This document shows positions 14,106-24,300 of a stretch of 64,000 nucleotides of DNA, one piece after another (the stretch's first letter is position 1; every line of letters begins with the position of its first letter). Made by a program: the position numbers and the translations under genes. The notes beneath the pieces were generated by a model. It was not told the DNA's origin, did no database searches, and saw nothing but the letters and a program-made list of their open reading frames with translations. The stretch is from Eledone cirrhosa (Eukaryota): the NCBI GenBank assembly GCA_964016885.1, contig CAXHJY010000168.1, forward strand, positions 124,001 through 188,000, written 5' to 3'.

Positions 14106-14499
14106 CAAACATTTCATCTCTAATTACTGCAGTTGAAGTCGTTGTTATGTTACTCCTGTCTCAATGACATCTTTAATCCATGCTGCTGGAATTGGCGACC
14201 TGACGAAAGGAATATTGTAAATAGATGGTAAATAGATCGAGGGACCTTCCCTCACGTCTATGCCGACAAGATAATCCAACGAGGATACTATCACTTACCA
14301 CACTGGCAACTAAAGACCACTGATTCTACTACCCTGCTAAAGTGGCAATAACATCTACAACTAATACTGCTAAAGATCCATTTTTTTGGGGGGGGTCCAT
14401 TTTTTATTTGGGTGATCCATTTTTTATTTGGGTGATCCATTTTTTATTTGGGGGATCCATTTTTTATTTGGGTGATCCATTTTTTATTTGGGTGATCCA

Positions 14500-15230
14500 T
14501 TTTTTATTTGGGTGATCCATTTTTTATTTGGGGGATCCATTTTTTATTTGGGTGATCCATTTTTTATTTGGGTGATCCGTTTTTTATTTGGGTGATCCAT
14601 TTTTTATTTGGGTGATCCATTTTTTATTTGGGGGATCCATTTTTTATTTGGGTGATCCATTTTTTATTTGGGTGATCTATTTTTTATTTGGGTGATCCAT
14701 TTTTTATTTGTATGATCCATTTTTTATTTGCGTGATCCATTTTTTATTTGGGGGATCCATTTTTTATTTGGGTGATCCATTTTTTATTTGGGTGATCCAT
14801 TTTTTATTTGAGGGATCCATTTTTTATTTGGGTGATCCATTTTTTATTTGGGTGATCCATTTTTTATTTGGGTGATCCATTTTTTATTTGGGGGATCCAT
14901 TTTTTATTTGGGTGATCCATTTTTTATTTGGGTGATCCGTTTTTTATTTGGGTGATCCATTTTTTATTTGGGTGATCCATTTTTTATTTGGGGGATCCAT
15001 TTTTTATTTGGGTGATCCATTTTTTATTTGGGTGATCTATTTTTTATTTGGGTGATCCATTTTTTATTTGTATGATCCATTTTTTATTTGCGTGATCCAT
15101 TTTTTATTTGGGGGATCCATTTTTTATTTGGGTGATCCATTTTTTATTTGGGGGATCCATTTTTTATTTGGGTGATCCATTTTTTATTTGGGTGATCCAT
15201 TTTTTATTTGAGGGATCCATTTTTTATTTG
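14500..15230. repeat. 360-bp (18-monomer) tandem duplication in the last part of array A
   Basis: The same series of rare variants appears twice, 360 bp apart: GGTGATCCGT 14571/14931, GGTGATCTAT 14671/15031, TATGATCC 14711/15071 and CGTGATCC 14731/15091. Boundaries are approximate. Confidence 0.9.
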
Positions 15231-15289
15231 GGTGATCCATTTTTTATTTGGGTGATCCATTTTTTATTTGGGGGATCCATTTTTTATTT

Positions 15290-15309
15290 GGGTGGTTCGT
15301 TTTTTATTT
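15290..15309. other. Junction monomer between arrays A and B (GGGTGGTTCGTTTTTTATTT)
   Basis: The last A monomer is at 15270-15289, a single hybrid 20-mer follows, and the first GGGTGCCCCG starts at 15310. There is no spacer and no phase shift. Confidence 0.95.
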
Positions 15310-18300
15310 GGGTGCCCCGTTTTTGTTATGGGGATGGTCCGTTTTTTATTTGGGTGCCCCGTTTTTTTATGGGGGGGTCCGTTTTATATTTGGGTGCCCC
15401 GTTTTTTTATGGGGGGGTACGTTTTTTATTTGGGTGCCCCGTTTTTTATTTGGGTACCCCGTTTTTTATTTGGGTGCCCCGTTTTTGTATGGGGGGGTCC
15501 GTTTTTTATTTGGGTACCCTGTTTTTTAATTGGGGGCCCCGTTTCTATTTGGGTGCCCCGTTTTTTTATTTGGGTACCCCGTTTTTTATTTGGGTGCCCC
15601 GTTTTTTATGGGGGGGTCCGTTTTTTATTTGGGTGCCCCGTTTTTTATTTGGGTGCCCCGTTTTTTTATGAGGGGGTCCGTTTTTTATTTGGGTACCCCG
15701 TTTTTTATTTGGGTGCCCCGTTATTTTATGGGGGGGTCCGTTTTTTATTTGGGTACCCCGTTTTTTATTTGGGTGCCCCGTTTTTTTATGGGGGGTCCGT
15801 TTTTTATTTGGGTGCCCCGTTTTTTATTTGGGTGCCCCGTTTTTTATTTGGGTACCCCGTTTTTTATGGGGTCTCCGTTTTTCATTTGGGTACCCTGTTT
15901 TTTATTTGGGTGCCCAGTTTTTTATGGGGCGGTCCGTTTTTTATTTGGGTGCCCCGTTTTTTTATGGGGCGGTCCGTTTCTTATTTGGGTGCCCCTTTTT
16001 TTATTTGGGTACCCCGTTTTTGGGGTCCGTTTTTTATTTGGGTACCCCGTTTTTTATTTGGGTGCCCCGTTTTTTTATGGGGGGTCCGTTTTTTATTTGG
16101 GTGCCCCTTTTTTTATTTGGGTGCCCCGTTTTTTATTTGGGTACCCCGTTTTTTATTTGGATGCCCCGTTTTTTTATGGGGAGGTCCGTTTTTTATTTGG
16201 GTCCCCCGTTTTTTATTTGGGTGCCCCGTTTTTTTATGGGGGTCCGTTTTTATTTGGGTGCCCCGTTTTTTATTTGGGTACCCCGTTTTTTGTTTGGGTA
16301 CCCCGTATTTTATTTGGGTGCCCCGTTTTTTTATGGGGGGGTCCGTTTTTTATTTGGGTGCCCCGTTATTTATGGGGGTGTCAGTTCTTTATTTGGGTAC
16401 CCCGTTTTTTATTTGGGTGCCCCGTTCTTTTATGGGGGGGTCCGTTTTTTATTTGGGTACCCCGTTTTTTATTTCGGTGCCCCGTTTTTTTATGGGGGGA
16501 CCGTTTTTCATTTGGGTACTCTGTTTTTTATTTGGGTGCCCCGTTTTTTTATGGGGGGGGGGGGTAGGTTTTTTATTTGGGTGCCCCGTTTTTTATTTGG
16601 GTGCCCCGTTTTTTTATGAGGGTGACAGTTTTTTATTTGGGTACCCCGTTTTTTATTTTCGTGCCCCGTTTTTTATGGCGGGGTCCGTTTTTTATTTGGG
16701 TGCCCCGTTTTTTTAGGGGGGGTCCGTTTTTTATTTGGGTGCCCCGTTTTTTTATGGGGGGGTCCGTTTTTTATTTGGGTGCCCCGTTTTTTATTTGGGT
16801 GCCCCGTTTTTTTACGGGGGGGTCCATTTTTTATTTGGGTGCCCCGTTTTTTGTTTGGGTACCCCGTATTTTATTTGGGTGCCCCGTTTTTTTATGGGGG
16901 GTTCGTTTTTTATTTGGGTGCCCCATTTTTTCATGGGGGGGTCCGTTTTTATTTGGGTGCCCCGTTTTTTTATTTGGGTACCCCGTTTTTTGGGTCCGTT
17001 TTTTATTTGGGTACCCCGTTTTTTAATTGGGTGCCCCGTTTGTTATGGGGGGTCCGTTTTTTATTTGGGTGCCCCGTTTTTTTATGGGGGGGTCCATTTT
17101 TTATTTGGGTGCCCCGTTTTTTATTTGGGTACCCCGTTTTTTATTTGGGTGCCCCGTTTTTTTATGGGGTGGTCCGTTATTTATTTGGGTCCGTTTTTGT
17201 TTGGGTACCCCGTTATTTATTTCGGTGCCCCGTTTTTTTATGGGGGGTCCGTTTTCTATTTCGGTGCCCCGTTTTTTTATGGGGGGGTCCGTTTTTTATT
17301 TGGGTGCCCCGTTTTTTATTTGGGTGCCCCGTTTTTTTATGGGGGGGTCCGTTTTTTATTTGGGTACCCCGTTTTTAATTTGGGTGCCCCGATTTTTTTA
17401 TGGGGGTGGGGCGTTTTTTATTTGGGTGCCCCGTTTTTTTATGGGGGGGCGTTTTTTATTTGGGTGCCCCGTTTTTTTATGGGGGGGTCCGTTTTTTATT
17501 TGGGTGCCCCGTTTTTTATTTGGGTGCCCCGTTTTTTATTTGGGTGCCCCGTTTTTTTATGGGGGGTCCGTTTTTCAATTGGGGGGGTCCGTTTTTTATT
17601 TGGGTACCCCGTTTTTTATTTGGGTGCCCCGTTTTTTATTTGGGTACCCCGTTTTTTATTTGGATGCCCCGTTTTTTATGGGGGGGTCCGTTTTTTATTT
17701 GGGTACCCCGTTTTTTATTTGGGTGTCCCGTTTTTTTATGGGGGTGTCCGTTTTTTAATTGGGTGCCCCGTTTTTTTATGGGGGGGGGGCGTTATTTATT
17801 TGGGTACCCCGTTTTTTATTTTGGGTGCCCCGTTTTTTTATGGGGGGGGGGGCGTTTTTTATTTGGGTGCCCTGTTTTTGGGGTCCGTTTTTTATTTGGG
17901 TGCCCCGTTTTTTATTTGGGTACCCCGTTTTTTATTTGGGTGCCCCGTTTTTTTATGGGGTGGTCCGTTCTTTATTTGGGTGCCCCGTTTTTTGGGTCCG
18001 TTTTTATTTGGGTACCCCGTTATTTATTTCGGTGCCCCGTTTTTTTATGGGGGGTCCGTTTTTTATTTCGGTGCCCCGTTTTTTTATGGGGGGGTCCGTT
18101 TTTTATTTGGGTGCCCCGTTTTTTGTTTGGGTGCCCCGTTTTTTATTTGGGTACCCCGTTTTTTATTTAGGTGCCCCGTTTTTTTATGGGCGTGTCCATT
18201 TTTTATTTGGGTGCCCCGTTTTTTTATGGGGGGGTCCGTTTTTTATTTGGGTACCCCGTTTTTTATTTGGGTTCCCCGTTTTTTATGGGGGGGGGCGTTT

Positions 18301-21300
18301 TTTATTTGGGTGCCCCGTTTTTTTATGGGGGGGTCCGTTTTTTATTTGGGTGCCCTGTTTTTTTATGGGGGGGTCCGTTTTTTATTTGGGTGTCCCGTTT
18401 TTTATTTGGGTGCCCCGTTTTTTTATGGGGGAGTCCGTTTTTTATTTGGGTGCCCCGTTTTTTTATGGGGGGGGGCCGTTTTTCAATTGGGTGCCCCGTT
18501 TTTTTATGGGGGGGGTCCGTTTTTTATTTGGGTACCCCGTTTTGTTATTTTGGGTGCCCCGATTTTTCATGGGGCGGGGCCGTTTTTATTTGGGTGCCCC
18601 GTTTTTTTATGGGGGGGTCCGTTTTTTATTTGGGTGACCCGTTTTTTATTTGGGTGCCCCGTTTTTTATTTGGGTACCCCGCTTTTTATTTAGGTGCCCC
18701 GTTTTTTTATGGGCGTGTCCATTTTTTATTTGGGTGCCCCGTTTTTTTATGGGGGGGTCCGTTTTTTATTTGGCTACCCCGTTTTTTATTTGGGTGCCCC
18801 GTTTTTTTATTGGGGGGGGGCGTTTTTTATTTGGGTGCCCCGTTTTTTTATGGGGGGGTCCGTTTTTTATTTGGGTGCCCCGTTTTCTATGGGTGGTCCG
18901 TTTTTTATTTTTGTACCCCGTATTTTATTTGGGTGTCCCGTTTTTTTATGGGGGGGTACGTTTTTTATTTCGGTGCCCCGTTTTTTTATGAGGGTGTCAG
19001 TTTTTTATTTGGGTACCCCGTTTTTTATTTGGGTGCCCCGTTTTTTATGGCGGGGTCCGTTTTTTATTTGGGTGCCCCGTTTTTTATTTGGGTACCCCGT
19101 TTTTTATTTCGGTGCCCCGTTATTTTATGGGGGGGTCCGTTTTTTATTTGGGTGCCCCATTTTTTTACGGGGGGGTCCATTTTTTATTTGGGTGCCCCGT
19201 TTTTTGTTTGGGTACCCCGTATTTTATTTGGGTGCCCCGTTTTTTTATGGGGGGTTCGTTTTTTATTTGGGTGCCCCATTTTTTTATGGGGGGGTCCGTT
19301 TTTATTTGGGTGCCCCGTTTTTTATTTGGGTACCCCGTTTTTTGGGTCCGTTTTTTATTTGGGTACCCCGTTTTTTAATTGGGTGCCCCGTTTTTTATGG
19401 GGGGTCCGTTTTTTATCTGGGTGCCCCGTTTTTTTATGAGGGTGTCAGTTTTTTATTTGGGTACCCCGTTTTTTATGGCGGGGTCCGTTTTTTATTTTGG
19501 TGCCCCGTATTTTTAGGGGGGGTCCGTTTTTTATTTGGGTGCCCCGTTTTTTATTTGGGGACCCCGTTTTTTGGTCCGTTTTTTATTTGGGTACCCTGTT
19601 TTTTATTTCGGTGCCCCGTTTTTTTATGGGGGGGTCCGTTTTTTATTTGGGTGCCCCGTTTTTTATTTGGGTGCCCCGTTTTTTTACGGGGGGGTCCATT
19701 TTTTATTTGGGTGCCCCGTTTTTTATTTGGGTACCCCGTTTTTTGGGTCCGTTTTTTATTTGGGTACCCCGTTTTTTAATTGGGTGCCCCGTTTTTTATG
19801 GGGGGTCCGTTTTTTATTTGGGTGCCCCATTTTTTTAGGGGGGTCCGTTTTTATTTGGGTGCCCCGTTTTTTATTTGGGTACCCCGTTTTTGGGGTCCGT
19901 TTTTTATTTGGGTACCCCGTTTTTTATTTGGGTGCCCCGTTTTTTTATGGGGGGGGGGCGTTTTTTATTTGGGTGCCCCGTTTTTTTATGGGGTGGTCCG
20001 TTCCTTATTTGGGTGCCCCGTTTTTGGGGTCCGTTTTTATTTGGGTACCCCGTTATTTATTTCGGTGCCCCGTTTTTTTATGGGGGGGTCCGTTTTTCAA
20101 TTGGGTGCCCCGTTTTTTTATGGGGGGGTCCGTTTTTTATTTGGGTACCCCGTTTTATTATTTTGGGTGCCCCGATTTTTTATGGGGGGGTCCGTTTTTT
20201 ATTTGGGTGACCCGTTTTTTATTTGGGTACCCCGCTTTTTATTTAGGTGCCCCGTTTTTTTATGGGCGTGTCCATTTTTTATTTGGGTGCCCCGTTTTTT
20301 TATGGGGGGGGGGCGTTTTTTATTTGGGTGCCCCGTTTTTATATGGGGGTGTCCGTTTTTTATTTGGGTGCCCCGTTTTTTTATGGGGGGGTCCGTTTTT
20401 TATTTGGGTGCCCCGTTTTTTATTTGGGTGCCCCGTTTTTTTATGGGGGAGTCCGTTTTTTATTTGGGTGCCCCGTTTTTTTATGGGGGGGGCCGTTTTT
20501 CAATTGGGTGACCCGTTTTTTATGGGGGGGGGGCCGTTTTTTATTTGGGTACCCCGTTTTTTATTTGGGTGCCCCGTTTTTTATTTGGGTACCTCGTTTT
20601 TTATTTGGATGCCCCGTTTTTTTATGGGGGTTCCGATTTTTATTTGGGTACCCCGTTTTTTATTTGGGTGTCCCGTTTTTTTATGGGGGTGTCCGTTTTT
20701 TAATTGGGTGCCCCGTTTTTTTATGGGGGGGGGGGGCCGTTATTTATTTGGGTACCCCGTTTTTTATTTTGGGTGCCCCGTTTTTTTATGGGGGGGGCCG
20801 TTTTTTATTTGTGTGCCCCGTTTTTTGGGTCCGTTTTTTATTTGGGTACCCCGTTTTTTATTTCGGTGCCCCGTTTTTTTATGGGGGGTCCGTTTTTTAT
20901 TTGGGTGCCCCGTTTTTTATTTGGGTGCCCCGTTTTTTATTTGGGTACCCCGTTTTTTATTTAGGTGCCCCGTTTTTTAATGGGGGGGGGCCGTTTTTTA
21001 TTTGGGGGCCCCGTTTTTTATTTGGGTGCCCCGTTTTTTTATGGGGGGTCCGTTTTTCATTTGGGTACCCTGTTTTTTATTTGGGTGCCCCGTTTTTTAA
21101 TGGGGGGGGTCCGTTTTTTATTTGGGTGCCCCGTTTTTTATTTGGGTGCCCCGTTTTTTTATGAGGCTGTCAGTTTTTTATTTGGGTACCCCGTTTTTTA
21201 TTTGGGTGCCCCGTTTTTTATGGCGGGGTCCGTTTTTTATTTGGGTGCCCCGTTTTTTTAGGGGGGGTCCGTTTTTTTATTTGGGTGCCCCGTTTTTTTA

Positions 21301-24300
21301 CGGGGGGTCCATTTTTTATTTGGGTGACCCGTTTTTTATTTGGGTACCCCGTTTTTGGGGTCCGTTTTTTATTTGGGTACCCCGTTTTTTAATTGGGTGC
21401 CCCGTTTTTTATGGGGGGTCCGTTTTTTATTTGGGTGCCCCATTTTTTTATGGGGGGGTCCGTTTTTATTTGGGTGCCCCGTTTTTTATTTGGGTACCCC
21501 GTTTTTTAATTGGGTGCCCCGTTTTTTATGGGGGTCCGTTTTTTATTTGGGTGCCCCGTTTTTTTATGGGGGAGTCCATTTTTTATTTGGGTGCCCCGTT
21601 TTTTATTTGGGTACCCCGTTTTTTATTTGGGTGCCCCGTTTTTTTATGGGGTGGTCCGTTACTTATTTGGGTGCCCCGTTTTTTGGGTCCGTTTTTATTT
21701 GGGTACCCCGTTATTTATTTCGGTGCCCCGTTTTTTTATGGGGGGTCCTTTTTTTATTTCGGTGCCCCGTTTTTTATGGGGGGGTCCGTTTTTTATTTGG
21801 GTGCCCGTTTTTTATTTGGGTACCCCGTTTTTTATTTAGGTGCCCCGTATTTTTATGGGCGTGCCCATTTGTTATTTGGGTGCCCCGTTTTTTTATGGGG
21901 GGGTCCGTTTTTTATTTGGGTACCCCGTTTTTTATTTTGGGTGCCCCGTTTTTTAATGGGGGGGTCCGTTTTTTATTTGGGTACCCCGTATTTTATTTGG
22001 GTGCCCCGTTTTTTATTTGGGTACCCCGTTTTTTTATTTGGATGCCCCGTTTTTTTATGGGGGGGTTCGTTTTTTATTTGGGTACCCCGTTTTTTATTTG
22101 GGTGTCCCGTTTTTTATTTGGGTACCCCGTTTTTTATTTGGATGCCCCGTTTTTTTATGGGGGGGTCCGTTTTTTATTTGGGTGCCCCGTTTTTTATTTG
22201 GGTACCCAGTTTTTTATTTGGGTGCCCCGTTTTTTTATGGGGTGGTCCGTTCTTTATTTGGGTGCCCCGTTTTTTTATGGGGTGGTCCGTTCTTTATTTG
22301 GGTGCCCCGTTTTTTGGGTCCGTTTTTATTTGGGTACCCCGTTATTTATTTCGGTGCCCCGTTTTTTTATGGGGGGTCCGTTTTTTATTTCGGTGCCCCG
22401 TTTTTTTATGGGGGGGTCCGTTTTATATTTGGGTGCCCCGTTTTTTATTTAGGTGCCCCGTTTTCTTATGGGCGTGCCCATTTTTTATTTGGGTGCCCCG
22501 TTTTTTTATGGGGGGGGTCCGTTTTTTATTTGGGTACCCCGTTTTTTATTTCGGTGCCCCGTTTTTTTATGGGGGGTCCGTTTTTCATTTGGGTACCCTG
22601 TTTTTTATTTGGGTGCCCCGTTTTTTTATGGGGGGGGTCCGTTTTTTATTTGGGTGCCCCGTTTTTTATTTGGGTGCCCCGTTTTTTTATGAGGGTGTCA
22701 GTTTTTTATTTGGGTACCCCGTTTTTTATTTGGGTGCCCCGTTTTTTATGGCGGGGTCCGTTTTTTATTTGGGTGCCCCGTTTTTTTAGGGGGGGTCCGT
22801 TTCTTATTTGGGTGCCCCGTTTTTTTACGGGGGGGTCCATTTTTTATTTGGGTGCCCCGTTTTTTATTTGGGTACCCCGTTTTTGGGGTCCGTTTTTTAT
22901 TTGGGTACCCCGTTTTTTAATTGGGTGCCCCGTTTTTTTATGGGGGGTCCGTTTTTTATTTGGGTGCCCCATTTTTTTATGGGGGGGTCCGTTTTTATTT
23001 GGGTGCCCCGTTTTTTATTTGGGTACCCCGTTTTTTGGGTCCGTTTTTTATTTGGGTACCCCGTTTTTTAATTGGGTGCCCCGTTTTTTATGGGGGGTCC
23101 GTTTTTTATTTGGGTGCCCCGTTTTTTTATGGGGGGGTCCATTTTTTATTTGGGTGCCCCGTTTTTTATTTGGGTACCCCGTTTTTTTATGGGGTGGTCC
23201 GTTACTTATTTGGGTGCCCCGTTTTTTGGGTCCGTTTTTATTTGGGTACCCCGTTATTTATTTCGGTGCCCCGTTTTTTTATGGGGGGTCCGTTTTTTAT
23301 TTCGGTGCCCCGTTTTTTTATGGGGGGGTCCGTTTTTTATTTGGGTGCCCCGTTTTTTATTTGGGTACCCCGTTTTTTATTTAGGTGCCCCGTATTTTTA
23401 TGGGCGTGCCCATTTGTTATTTGGGTGCCCCGTTTTTTTATGGGGGGGTCCGTTTTTTATTTGGGTACCCCGTTTTTTATTTGGGTGCCCCGATTTTTTA
23501 TGGGGGGGGGGGCGTTTTTTATTTGGGTGCCCCGTTTTTTTATGGGGGGGTCCGTTTTTCAATTGGGTGCCCCGTTTTTTTATGGGGGGGTCCGTTTTTT
23601 ATTTGGGTACCCCGTTTTTTATTTTGGGTGCCCCGATTTTTTATGGGGGGGCCGTTTTTTATTTGGGTGCCCCGTTTTTTAATGGGGGGGTCCGTTTTTT
23701 ATTTGGGTACCCCGTATTTTATTTGGGTGCCCCGTTTTTTATTTGGGTACCCCGTTTTTTATTTGGATGCCCCGTTTTTTTATGGGGGGGTCCGTTTTTT
23801 ATTTGGGTACCCCGTTTTTTATTTGGGTGCCCCGTTTTTTTATGGGGGGGGGCCGTTTTTTATTTGGGTGCCCCGTTTTTTATTTGGGTACCCAGTTTTT
23901 TATTTGGGTGCCCCGTTTTTTTATGGGGTGGTCCGTTCTTTATTTGGGTGCCCCGTTTTTTTATGGGGTGGTCCGTTCTTTATTTGGGTGCCCCGTTTTT
24001 TGGGTCCGTTTTTATTTGGGTACCCCGTTATTTATTTCGGTGTCCCGTTTTTTTATGGGGGGTCCGTTTTTTATTTCGGTGCCCCGTTTTTTTATGGGGG
24101 TTCCGTTTTTTATTTGGGTGCCCCGTTTTTTATTTGGGTGCCCCGTTTTTTATTTGGGTACCCCGTTTTTTATTTAGGTGCCCCGTTTTCTTATGGGCGT
24201 GCTCATTTTTTATTTGGGTGCCCCGTTTTTTTATGGGGGGGTCCGTTTTTTATTTGGGTACCCCGTTTTTTTTTCGGTGCCCCGTTTTTTTATGGGGGGT

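Larger units (their letters stand above)
13822..14374. mobile_element. 553-bp insertion, probable solo LTR (Ty3/Gypsy-like) with 4-bp target-site duplication GATC
   Basis: This is the only non-repetitive sequence in the window. It splits a monomer: GGGGGATC (GATC 13818-13821) + insert + GATCCATTT (GATC 14375-14378). It starts TGTAG and ends CTAAA, one mismatch from the canonical CTACA; a perfect CTACA lies at 14355-14359. It contains a CCAAT box and overlapping TATAAA/AATAAA motifs and has no ORF in the track. The family assignment is inference, as no database search was run. Confidence 0.7.
1..15289. repeat. Satellite array A, 20-bp monomer GGG[T/G]GATCCATTTTTTATTT (interrupted by the insert at 13822-14374)
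   Basis: Read directly: the 20-bp unit is in register for kilobases, with only occasional 1-bp indels. The two dominant variants are GGGTGATCCA and GGGGGATCCA. Nearly every monomer carries GATC. The array runs off the left edge of the window. Confidence 0.99.

Noticed and set aside
14193-14205. TGGCGACCTGACG as a tRNA primer-binding site
   Set aside because: It resembles Gypsy-type PBS starts but is not preceded by a CA LTR terminus and lies mid-insert. It is too short to support without a tRNA match.
13817-14379. Insert as a ligation artefact: junctions GGATCT and AGATCC are what a BglII fragment in a BamHI site, or a GATC-cutter chimera, would give
   Set aside because: Any T...A-ended element with a GATC target duplication gives the same junctions. 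The TGTAG start and LTR-like motifs favour transposition, and an internal GATC at 14235 argues against a complete Sau3AI/DpnII fragment. It is not fully excluded without spanning reads.
1-15289. Binary T/G pattern as encoded information or synthetic DNA
   Set aside because: The pattern is explained by nested duplications that also carry sporadic substitutions and indels, as expected for natural satellite evolution.
1-15289. Dense GATC sites as bacterial Dam/oriC or iteron signals
   Set aside because: GATC is simply part of the monomer. There are no DnaA boxes, rep gene or other prokaryotic context.
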